Part shown: positions 8,727 through 16,633 of the stretch, piece by piece
How the letters are laid out: each line of letters starts with the position of its first letter
How positions within the stretch are numbered: position 1 is the first letter of the stretch
From: an uncultured Nitrososphaerota archaeon
GTDB lineage: Archaea; Thermoproteota; EX4484-205; JAAOZP01
Direction of reading: 5' to 3'
Length of the DNA: 23,266 nucleotides
Assembly: GCA_964416155.1 (NCBI GenBank)
Contig: CAYQCW010000018.1
Coordinates: 1-23,266 of the forward strand
The notes under the pieces: model-generated
Seen by the model: the letters and a program-made list of their open reading frames with translations, nothing else
Databases searched by the model: none
Told to the model about the DNA's origin: nothing
Made by a program: the position numbers and the translations under genes

Positions 8727-8988
8727 CTAGCGATAAACTCGTTTTCTAATATCTATTTTGGCAACAACTTATTATTTTTTCCTTTTCATAGGCTTTGAAT
8801 AATACTCTACAGTTTCCTACGCGTAATCTGAAAGTGTTTTCCTCGCCAGCAACTTTAACTATATCTAGTTCAGTCTCCGGGAAGCCTTCAAGCTCTCTGA
8901 GTTTCCCGACTATCCTCTGCTTATTCTCAGGCGTTAGTCCATCTAAAAACTTGCTTGCCTTTCTATAAAGGTAAACCCTAAACTTCAT
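8727..8988 (-). pseudogene. relE: RelE/ParE-family toxin with C-terminal frameshift
   Basis: MKFRVYLYRKASKFLDGL..ENKQRIVGKLREL...FRLRVGNCRVLF; a +1 indel near 8770 shifts the true tail VVAKIDIRKRVYR* (stop 8727-8729) out of frame. Confidence 0.85.
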
Positions 8989-9151
8989 CGAGGGTTTTCA
9001 ACTCGTTAAAACGCTTATTTGCCACGATCCCGTCAACCTCTCTAAGCAGCATATACTCCTCAGTAGTTAAGAAAACGTCTTCAAGAAAATCCTTTAACTC
9101 ATCAAGCTTTCTACCGATCTCCTCAACCTTCTCTAAAACCGTCTCGCTCAA
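8978..9151 (-). CDS. Cognate antitoxin of the RelE toxin
   Basis: Small acidic ORF (LEDVFLTTEEYMLLREVD...LKTLDEV) overlapping the toxin start; TATA-like TTTTTATTA at ~9188-9196 favours a start at 9151 or 9169 over 9184. Confidence 0.75.
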   Translation of the reverse strand: MSETVLEKVEEIGRKLDELKDFLEDVFLTTEEYMLLREVDGIVANKRFNELKTLDEV

Positions 9152-9303
9152 CGGACTTCTCTCAAACATAAGGTGCAGATGCATCTTAATAAAAACTTAC
9201 CTTCTCTCAAGGAGAATACACTGAAAAATGAAGGGATAAATGGGCAGCGTGCCAAAACAAGAATGCGAAGAAGTACCCAGCCTCTTTAAAGTATGTGTTT
9301 AAA

Positions 9304-9375
9304 GCTCCTGCTGTCCATCCTGGGTTCACACGCAAGCTCGTCACATCCATAGAACAACAAATAGCGTCTAAATAA
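9304..9375 (+). pseudogene. ppsA: 3' remnant of ppsA (copy 2, internally deleted)
   Basis: APAVHPGFT|RKLVTSIEQQI equals APSVYPEFT...[10 protein letters not shown] with the middle deleted between the two TTCAC repeats seen in copy 1. Confidence 0.6.
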
Positions 9376-9416
9376 TTAAATTTAAACTTGGTTAATAGGC
9401 TCTTATTTGGAAAACT

Positions 9417-9428
9417 TAACGCACGCTA
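9417..9428. repeat. Motif copy TAACGCACGCTA (11/12)
   Basis: Intergenic, just after ppsA remnant 2. Confidence 0.65.
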
Positions 9429-9500
9429 CCGATCTACACTTACCTAAAGTTTATTAATCGCTCGAATATCTTTATTATTCGTGTATTTGGTGAACTTTAA

Positions 9501-9553
9501 ATGGAAACCGAGGAGGAGCTCTAAGAAATTCAAGTTAATCCTTGAAAGCTTCA
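9501..9553 (+). pseudogene. Possible N-terminal remnant of another small antitoxin, with an orphan promoter
   Basis: AAAGTTTATTAA at 9446-9457, GGTGA RBS, then METEEEL*EI/KLILES; cut off by the 3' end of the GH149 gene. Confidence 0.3.
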
Positions 9554-12500
9554 TTAATCAAAGCCGAGGAACACGTCTAGACGAAGAACCTCTCCCGTCC
9601 GGTTGAAGATAGCTGAACTAGTTTCAGAGTCGAGGTCAAGTCCATCAATGAACAGGCTTGATCCATCTGAGCGGTTGACTTCAATCCGTGCTGGACCTGA
9701 ACGATGAGCAACAACCGGCACCTGGCAGATCGTGAACGCCAACGTATCCTTCTCCAGCCTAATACTCTGTTGTCGTCCCTCGGTATCAAAGTATTGGAAT
9801 ACTCTTCGACCCGTCAGAAACTCGCTGAGATTAACTAGACGAGGCTGAAAACTCAGTTTCCCGTTTTCGACAAGCACCCCCGTCTCGCCCAACCTGGATA
9901 TGATGTCCTCCTTGACTTGCCCCGTCATGCCTGGTTGCTGTACTCCAGCAAAGCCAGGTGTGTGAGAGTATGGATCAATGGGAAAGGCACCATACAGCTC
10001 TGGCGACTTATGTACACCTATCCCCTCGCGTATGTTGTAATAATGGTCCTTGAGGCGCTTAATAGCTTCATTCTCATTTCTACGTATTGCTTGAATTAAC
10101 ACTTCTTGAACCGACAGAAGTAGCTTCGACACCATGTGCCAGTAAATACATCCAAGACCCTCATACTTGAAGAATGTTGTCGAGCGCCCCATGAAGGAAT
10201 GATGGTCGAACAAATCCTCATACAACTCAAGAATAACCGCCGCTTCCTTATCAACCAGTTCTCCATATTCTTCCCTTGAAGACATCAACGCCTCTCTTAA
10301 TTCCCTAGCGTTTCGGAAGGCGGCGAAGTGGAGGCCTCCGTTAACATCCTTGATTATAATTCGACGGTCATCGCGCTGCACCATTTCAGCCAGAAGCTTC
10401 GATCTTTCGAGCATTAACGCCGGTATGTTATTCTTTTCGAGGAAGCTTGGTAACTGGCGATCAGGATAGAGGATATAGCTGTTCTGATCAGCCCGGTAGA
10501 GGCTGCTCCTTCTGAGGGAATCCAGCAGCTCGACGGCTTCTTGCGGAGAGAGAATGCCTGAACTGAGTACGGCCACCTGTCCCTCCAACATCTCGGGAAG
10601 ACGGCGGATACTAATCTTGTTTCCCTTTATTTTTATGAGATTGTATGAGTGGAATAATCCATCGTCTCGCCGATTTGCTTTAATCGAGTGGTCGACGTGT
10701 TTGAGCACGGTGGTGCAAAAGTCGCGTATCTCCTCAGCAGTTATTGTCTCAGTTTTCCCTGAAAAACCCCTAGCATAAAAATTGGTTCGATAACGGCTTC
10801 CCGCCTCACCTAACGCGTCTAGAACAGTTTTACGGTCCTCATCGGAGACCTGGGCCTTAAGCAAGGAGAGGTATTGTTTTAGAATGGTGGATACTTGTCG
10901 GAACATTTCTGCAACTTCAACCGAGACTTCAAATACGCTTGTTTCAGATTCTTCAAACAGGCTTAGACAGAAAGCTAAAAAGCGGCGCAGGTAGCAGAGC
11001 GTCACCACTGATACTCCATAGCCGACTAGAGCATTATTCGCATCATTCCATTCTGGTCTTTGCGTGTTCATCCAGATTCCTGCTTCAGGAATATAGTTTG
11101 AAAGCTTAGCAAGCAATAGGACGAGTAGCTTCTCAGTCAGGTTAACATGATGGATTCCACCATCTTTACCCAGTACAAACTTACCATCCATTCCTAGTGC
11201 AGCTACACGCTTCTGGACCTCGCTGTCAAGGTCGGCGTCGAACTTTATTGTGTTACGCGGATCCTTCAACAATTCTTCATAAGGCTTAATTCTGTAGGGA
11301 ACATTAGCATATGTAAATACGCGGCGAGACAAGAATTTTCTAAGCATGCCTGGATGATACCGCATTGATACCTCCATTAGCTTCAATAGGTAGATTACTT
11401 GGTGATCACCCCAATAGCCGAAGGATGCCCAAGGACTATAGGGAGCAGGCGTCTCCCACTCGAAGCCATCCCGCGTAACACGGTAGGGATTGTACCCGTC
11501 TGAAGTAGATGCATCGACAAACTTAAAGATCATGCTTTCCGCATAGCATGGAAAAGAAAGTGCTAATGCTTCCCAATTCTGAAAAATGTCCCGCCAATTC
11601 CCTTGATAGTTGAGAACTTTATTTCCATACTCGTCTTTCACCTCGATTGAAAACATGTTCCAAGGCCTGCTGGGATCGCCGTGACGACGACTGAAGGTTA
11701 ACGGCAGATACTCGTACACTAGCCTTTCAAGATCCGGGTCCCGCTGTTCTTGCACGATGGCGAGCAGGTGGTTATGAGAAATCTTCTCAGGCAAAGTATT
11801 TAGAAGGCTGCTGTGCTTCTGAATTACGTTACGATTGGCTTTCGCGATGAAAGATGTGAGGTCGGAGCGAGATATCCAGTAGCCTTCATCTGGAATCCCT
11901 CCGCGCATCACGTTGAAGAGCGTGTTAGAATAGTGTCGGCATGTGTTAAGCTCGTCTTCGGAAACCTGAAGACCATCAGCGCTAGCTACAATTCTTACAA
12001 GGTTTTGAGTCCCCTTCTTAACGTCTTCCTCTATTTCAAAGCTTAGGTTCTTCTTCTTTTTGAGGAGAGAAATAAGTTCAATAACATTTGTTATATCTTG
12101 GTTTACATCAGCTATAATGTACCATTTCCTCCAGTCGTTTGGAGAAAGTATTAGCTGAGCGTTTATAAAGTATGCTCCACGTCTTCCACGTATAATTTTT
12201 TCTTCATCGACGAAATGCTCTCGGCGAAACCGGTCAAGCTGCGACGCAGAGAGAAGCCTCCTTATAGGTTCGAGCCCTTCAGACCAGACGACTGTCGCCT
12301 TAAGAGCCTCGCTTGGCTCAGGAGTATCGCCAGGAATGGAGCCAAGCCTGAATAATGCTAAACCCGTTTCCCCGTTCAGTTCATTCAACTTGTATCCGTC
12401 GACTAAAGTACTGTACTCCAGCTGAAACCTTCGCGTGACTCCGTAGGGAAGTATGTTTTGAATACCATCAAGCAGATTAACGCTGACCTGCTCGACACCT

Positions 12501-13003
12501 TGGTTAACCAGAATGCTACGTTTAACGAAACCGAATCGATCACTAGTCAGCCATGCATAAGAGAAACGGAGTGAAAGATCCCAGTTTATCTCCTCGAAAA
12601 CAAGCTTGTTGCCAAAAACGCTTTTATAAAGGTTCCGAGTAACCCTGTATAGGCCACTATGTCTTTGCGAAAACGGTTCCCATAGGAAGGTTTTACCGCC
12701 ATTAGTGGCGAGGATAATTGTCTTGCTGCCTGTCTGGTCTTGGCCATCATGAATACGGTCGTCCGTGTAGTATGGAAAGAGCGCGTGGTCAGGGTCTCTA
12801 CGGCCAGCTGTGAGGGCTCCATTACTAGAAATGAATAGCCAATGGTTTGAGTCACTAACTATACTCATTAAAAATGGCGGCATAGCGTCATAGTTTGAAA
12901 TACGGTAGAAGCGTTCTCCATCGATTTCGATAAAACCGCCCTCAACACGGCTTGAACCAGACTTTACAGGTGCGTCTCCGACAAAGCTTATGTGCTCCCT
13001 CAT
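9554..13003 (-). CDS. GH149-type beta-1,3-glucan phosphorylase (GH94-related clan; GH161 is the alternative)
   Basis: 1149 aa; MPPFLMSIVSDSNHWLFISSNGALTAGR..ALFPYYTDD, FSRRHGDPSRPWN, YQGNWRDIFQNWEAL, GYWGDHQ, NTQRPEWNDANNALVG, YEGLGCIYWHMVSKL, PYSHTP..QQPGMTGQVKE. Confidence 0.8.
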   Translation of the reverse strand: MREHISFVGDAPVKSGSSRVEGGFIEIDGERFYRISNYDAMPPFLMSIVSDSNHWLFISSNGALTAGRRDPDHALFPYYTDDRIHDGQDQTGSKTIILATNGGKTFLWEPFSQRHSGLYRVTRNLYKSVFGNKLVFEEINWDLSLRFSYAWLTSDRFGFVKRSILVNQGVEQVSVNLLDGIQNILPYGVTRRFQLEYSTLVDGYKLNELNGETGLALFRLGSIPGDTPEPSEALKATVVWSEGLEPIRRLLSASQLDRFRREHFVDEEKIIRGRRGAYFINAQLILSPNDWRKWYIIADVNQDITNVIELISLLKKKKNLSFEIEEDVKKGTQNLVRIVASADGLQVSEDELNTCRHYSNTLFNVMRGGIPDEGYWISRSDLTSFIAKANRNVIQKHSSLLNTLPEKISHNHLLAIVQEQRDPDLERLVYEYLPLTFSRRHGDPSRPWNMFSIEVKDEYGNKVLNYQGNWRDIFQNWEALALSFPCYAESMIFKFVDASTSDGYNPYRVTRDGFEWETPAPYSPWASFGYWGDHQVIYLLKLMEVSMRYHPGMLRKFLSRRVFTYANVPYRIKPYEELLKDPRNTIKFDADLDSEVQKRVAALGMDGKFVLGKDGGIHHVNLTEKLLVLLLAKLSNYIPEAGIWMNTQRPEWNDANNALVGYGVSVVTLCYLRRFLAFCLSLFEESETSVFEVSVEVAEMFRQVSTILKQYLSLLKAQVSDEDRKTVLDALGEAGSRYRTNFYARGFSGKTETITAEEIRDFCTTVLKHVDHSIKANRRDDGLFHSYNLIKIKGNKISIRRLPEMLEGQVAVLSSGILSPQEAVELLDSLRRSSLYRADQNSYILYPDRQLPSFLEKNNIPALMLERSKLLAEMVQRDDRRIIIKDVNGGLHFAAFRNARELREALMSSREEYGELVDKEAAVILELYEDLFDHHSFMGRSTTFFKYEGLGCIYWHMVSKLLLSVQEVLIQAIRRNENEAIKRLKDHYYNIREGIGVHKSPELYGAFPIDPYSHTPGFAGVQQPGMTGQVKEDIISRLGETGVLVENGKLSFQPRLVNLSEFLTGRRVFQYFDTEGRQQSIRLEKDTLAFTICQVPVVAHRSGPARIEVNRSDGSSLFIDGLDLDSETSSAIFNRTGEVLRLDVFLGFD

Positions 13004-13056
13004 TTCTTGCGATAGAAAAATTGCGATGCTTGTTTAAAAGGCTTACATGCCACCAT

Positions 13057-13069
13057 TATAGCGCGCTAT
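13057..13069. repeat. Motif copy TATAGCGCGCTAT (10/12; perfect palindrome 13058-13069)
   Basis: Between the GH149 promoter and ppsA remnant 3. Confidence 0.6.
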
Positions 13070-13133
13070 TTGTCGCTTAGGGCTAGTTCTATTCATTCAG
13101 CGATGGTTTTCTTCGATGAGGGTCAATATTAAA

Positions 13134-13306
13134 CAGGCCTCATCAGTCTACCCTGAGTTCCTTGCGAGAGCAGGAATTGATTCAATCTCTATTAATTCTG
13201 TTGTCGCAGTCTTCGCAAGCATTGGGTAGAGGATGATGATTGGTAAAGCTCTAGGACAGTTAAGGTTGACCCTCGCTGGATCTGTCTGGCCTTGACGGAG
13301 AGTTAA
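13134..13306 (+). pseudogene. ppsA: 3' remnant of ppsA (copy 3)
   Basis: [46 protein letters not shown] aligns to copy 1 with two short deletions, a stop at 13227-13229 and a frameshift. Confidence 0.8.
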
Positions 13307-13366
13307 AAGTTCTTCAACCATGCGTTTTCCATGCCTGAACTCAAGCCCATAACAGAGGTTTCAGAA

Positions 13367-13456
13367 TTAAGCGCGCGCTAAGTGTTCAGAGGCTCGTATG
13401 AGCTTGGTTTCTACCCATTCATGGGCCTTTGCCATTTCGCCAACAGTAGGCCTCAT
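13367..13456 (-). pseudogene. Promoter plus first ~26 codons of a larger gene (resembles N-termini of GH36-like alpha-galactosidases), truncated at the palindromic motif
   Basis: TATA (TTTATATA, minus strand 13481-13488), then MRPTVGEMAKAHEWVETKLIRASEHL running directly into TAGCGCGCGCTT; family assignment is tentative. Confidence 0.45.
13369..13380. repeat. Motif copy AAGCGCGCGCTA (11/12)
   Basis: Truncates the 13367-13456 gene start. Confidence 0.7.
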
Positions 13457-13622
13457 TCTTCTAAGAGTAGATGTGTTTAATATATAAAGCCTATCGACGG
13501 ATGGTTTGCAGCGTTCCGCAACCATTTCTCCTAGTATTATTCAAGGTAAGCTTTCAAACCGCCCGTTGAAAAACGGAAGGGTTCTCGTTTAATGGCCTAA
13601 GCCTATAAAAGCGATGGCTGAA

Positions 13623-13634
13623 GAGCGTGCGCTA
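13623..13634. repeat. Motif copy GAGCGTGCGCTA (11/12)
   Basis: Intergenic; paired with 13752-13763. Confidence 0.7.
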
Positions 13635-13751
13635 CTGGTATGCTGGAAGTAAACAGTTCTAACACTTCTGTTTCGACTTCAATGACACTCATTAGGAAGA
13701 TTATTGGGGGAGACGAGAAGGCTCTTGCCATTTATGTTGCAAAACCTTATC

Positions 13752-13763
13752 TAGCGCGCGCCG
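13752..13763. repeat. Motif copy TAGCGCGCGCCG (10/12)
   Basis: 15 nt upstream of the MetH-like ORF start. Confidence 0.65.
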
Positions 13764-13778
13764 CAACGGGAAAGAGAA

Positions 13779-14501
13779 ATGCGCAACCAGCGGGGCGACA
13801 CCCCGTCTATAGAGGTTGTTGACCGCATACCTGTTGAATTCGTGATGGAGGAGCTGCTCGGAAGCATGGGCGTCGGAAGGCTGAGGGACAGGAAGAAGGA
13901 GATTGAATCACTTATAGATAAAAGCCGTAGTCTCATAGAGCCTAGGGCAGTATATGCGTTCACCAGGGTTCTGGACATGAAGGGCGACGAGGTTCTCTTG
14001 GAGAGCGGCCACACGTTGAAAAGCGTTATACTCGGAGATGTCCTGACGCGTGGACAGAAGGTTGTGCCTTACGTAGTCACCATAGGGCCTAAACTCGAGG
14101 AGGAGGCCTCCAAGCTGGGAGTGTCGAACGTCTTCGGAGCATTCGTCTTGGAAAAGGTTGGAGACTATGCTGTGAGCAAGGTCAGCGTTCAACTGGGACG
14201 CCTCGTCGAGAGTAGGCTTGGGACACTGGTCTCGAGCTTCGGACCAGGCACCGGCTCCGGCAAGCTTTTCGGGATCGAGCAGCAGAGGGTAATCTTCAGC
14301 ATCTTAAACCCGCCGGAGAACATAGGTGTCCGCCTCACACCCCGCTGCCTGATGGTTCCGAGGAAATCTGTCTCCGGCGTGTTAGCTGCGACGCCAAAAG
14401 AGTACGTCGCCTGCCAGTATTGTCCTAGAAAGGAGTGTGAATCCAGGAGGAGGCCTTTCCTCGGCGAGTATATTCCGACCAGGTGTAGACACGCAGATTA
14501 G
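13779..14501 (+). CDS. Stand-alone vitamin B12-dependent methionine synthase activation-domain-like protein with C-terminal Cys cluster
   Basis: YVVTIGPKLEEE, SFGPG, QQRVIF.IL...IGVRLT..CLMVPRKSVSG, CQYCPRKECESRR. Confidence 0.8.
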   Translation: MRNQRGDTPSIEVVDRIPVEFVMEELLGSMGVGRLRDRKKEIESLIDKSRSLIEPRAVYAFTRVLDMKGDEVLLESGHTLKSVILGDVLTRGQKVVPYVVTIGPKLEEEASKLGVSNVFGAFVLEKVGDYAVSKVSVQLGRLVESRLGTLVSSFGPGTGSGKLFGIEQQRVIFSILNPPENIGVRLTPRCLMVPRKSVSGVLAATPKEYVACQYCPRKECESRRRPFLGEYIPTRCRHAD

Positions 14502-14617
14502 ACGGGAAGAATTGAGAATTCACAGTGAGCTTTCATATCTTGAGTTGGTTACTCGTGTAGGAAGCGCGCTGTTTTTATAAAAAGTTTAACCTATAGTATG
14601 CCTGCGAGTGGAATTCT

Positions 14618-14838
14618 ATGAGTGAAATTATGGCGGTTAAGGTTTCCCGAGAGCTAAAGATATAAAAGCTCTTAAGAAGGAGGTGAACTGGCCTGAGGAA
14701 ATAAGGCGTTTCATAGAGGCGAAAGTAAGAGATAGAGGCCAGGAAACAATAGAGAGAATTACAAGAGAAATAGAGAATACTGAGGGGGTTCCGAAGGGGT
14801 TCACCTTAATGCTGGTGAGAGAGGATCGGAGACATTGA
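14618..14838 (+). pseudogene. vapB: RHH/CopG-type VapB antitoxin, frameshifted
   Basis: MSEIMAVKVSRELK/IKALKKEVNWPEEIRRFIEAKVR/.../TIERITREIENTEGVPKGFTLMLVREDRRH*; NWxEEIRxFIE and VREDR are typical of archaeal VapB. Confidence 0.8.
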
Positions 14839-15219
14839 TACCACGGTTATAGCTGCCTACGTTCTAAAGGAACCTGGTTGGGAAAAACTGACTGACCTAC
14901 TTATGCATGCAGTTACAGTTGACATCGCGGTCAAAGAGTCTCTGAACGCTATTTGGAAAACCTATGCGAGAGACCGTATAAGCGAGGAGAGTGCTAAGGC
15001 TAAGGCCCTTTTAGAATTAGCGGAATCAGGCTTAGAAATTGTGGATGAAAAAAGCTTTTCAAAAGGGCTTTTGAGATCGCGTTTTCTGAAAACTTATCAG
15101 TATATGATGCCCTCTTTCTAGCCTTGGCAGAAAGCAGGGACGCCACGCTCTACACATTAGATGAGGAGCAGGCTAAGAAAGCCGGGAAGCCTGCGATAAG
15201 AGTCAAGGTAATAGAATGA
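14825..15219 (+). pseudogene. vapC: VapC PIN-domain toxin, start codon lost and frameshifted
   Basis: IDTTVIAAYVLKEPGWEKL...VKESLNAIWK; after a frameshift near 15060 it continues RAFEIAFSENLSVYDALFLALAESRDATLYTLDEEQ...IE*. Confidence 0.88.
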
Positions 15220-15250
15220 TTAAACAGGCTGGCGAAATTTTTTGTTTAAC

Positions 15251-15273
15251 CATGCGTAGGCTTTTAACGCATG
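15251..15273. terminator. Short hairpin between convergent vapC and HAD genes
   Basis: CATGCGT-N9-ACGCATG inverted repeat next to a T-run at 15238-15247; the right arm overlaps motif copy 15265-15276. Confidence 0.3.
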
Positions 15274-15276
15274 CTA
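15265..15276. repeat. Motif copy TAACGCATGCTA (10/12)
   Basis: 5 nt beyond the HAD stop codon. Confidence 0.55.
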
Positions 15277-15281
15277 GTGTT

Positions 15282-15974
15282 CTATATGAATTGGAATATT
15301 TCTCTGAGACTCGTGACGGTTCTTAAGCTGTGGCTCTTGCTTGCTTCGCCGACTTTCCGCTGAATAAGTATGGGGGTTATGCCCACTCCCTCCGCCCCCA
15401 TATAGTCATCGTCAATCTTGTCCCCGATGAACAGGGCTTCTTCAGGCTTAACCCCCAGTCTTTCAAGAGCATACTTGAAAGCCTCTGGATGAGGCTTAAC
15501 TCTTCCAATAGTGTCTGCCCCAACTATAACGTCGAACAGGTCCTTCTGGAGACCTGCTTTCCCCAAGATAGCATAGATATCCGCTTCATACCCTGTTGAA
15601 ACAAGCCCCGTCTTTAAACCCATCTTCCTCAGCTTAACAAGCGTTTCCTCAGCATCAGGATAGGCTTCGCAATCCGCGTGTTCAAACCACCGCGCTGAAA
15701 CCTCTCCGGCAAGCTTCTCACACCCTGGGATTCTGAGGTGTTTTAGAACATGCGAATCCCACAGGCTCCAGTACTCTCGATAAGGGATTTTCCCGTAGAG
15801 CGAGCGATAACTGGGAGAGCTGAACTGCTCATCAGTCCTTGCTAGCGCTTCCCTTATTTCTTCAATAGGCCGGTCAATCCCCAGTGAATACAATACTCTT
15901 TTAAACACGATTTCCGGCACCCATATTTTAACCAGGGTTTCACCAAGATCGAACAAGACTGTTTTAACCTTCAT
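15282..15974 (-). CDS. HAD-superfamily hydrolase (subfamily IA)
   Basis: Motif I FDLGETL, motif II LVST, KPHPEAF, motif IV IGDKIDDDYMGA. Confidence 0.93.
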   Translation of the reverse strand: MKVKTVLFDLGETLVKIWVPEIVFKRVLYSLGIDRPIEEIREALARTDEQFSSPSYRSLYGKIPYREYWSLWDSHVLKHLRIPGCEKLAGEVSARWFEHADCEAYPDAEETLVKLRKMGLKTGLVSTGYEADIYAILGKAGLQKDLFDVIVGADTIGRVKPHPEAFKYALERLGVKPEEALFIGDKIDDDYMGAEGVGITPILIQRKVGEASKSHSLRTVTSLREIFQFI

Positions 15975-16081
15975 GAAAGCAATCCTCTGCTAGCCTTATG
16001 GGAGGCCAGCGGCTTATATCTTTTTAAACACGAAAAAAAGCTGGGTTAATGTTTAAGCAAACAGTCAAACGCCTTTTCTGA

Positions 16082-16550
16082 TTACGCTAACTTCCGTAGG
16101 GAAGCCATGTTGGAAGAAGTGGTCGCTGCAATAAGCTCCCGGTGCCAGCGGGGCTCCAACTATCGCTTTGAAAACAGATTCTTCCAGCGGGTGGAGCCCG
16201 TAAATCTTTCTCCGGAGCCTCGTGCTCCCCTAAGAATGCTCCAGCCATTTCTAAAGGCTTAGGAGTCCATGCTTTTTCTCCTCCAGCCGCCTGTTCGACT
16301 CGAACAGCATTAGCTTTGATGCGAAGTGTGCCAGCCTCCAGCTGTACGGAGCCTTGGACGCCAGCCGGTTGAAGACGCGCCTCGCCTCCACCAGGTTCAC
16401 CGTGTCAAACCAGTCGCCATACGAGTTGAACCCCCACCATTCTGCTTCAGACAGAATATCCCTCATTTCGAAGCGTCCAGCAACCTCATACCGGTTTCCA
16501 AAGTGTCTAGGCACGTAGAGTTCTCCACGCGGAAAACCATGCTTCGCCAT
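16082..16550 (-). pseudogene. Degraded hypothetical protein (probable internal deletion and frameshifts)
   Basis: GGAGG RBS + MAKHGFPRGELYVPRHFGNRYEV...WWGFNSYGDWFD; protein-like sequence continues in other frames to LRRKIYGLHPLEESVF...RKLA* at 16082. Confidence 0.45.
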
Positions 16551-16633
16551 TTATCCTCCTTTCCGCCTTCTTCCGCTTAAAAAAACGTTTTACATCCTGC
16601 CGGCGAATACGCGTTTAAACGCGGTTAATATTG

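Noticed and set aside
14560-14571. Weak motif-like GGAAGCGCGCTG, also 1730-1741 and 3927-3938
   Set aside because: Only 7-8/12 matches, a level also seen inside CDS, so not counted as copies despite their intergenic position.
8308-15219. Frameshifts as sequencing error or programmed frameshifting
   Set aside because: Long genes (941, 1149, ~693 codons) are uninterrupted, while indels concentrate in TA and remnant sequences together with stops and deletions. Read-level confirmation is still needed.
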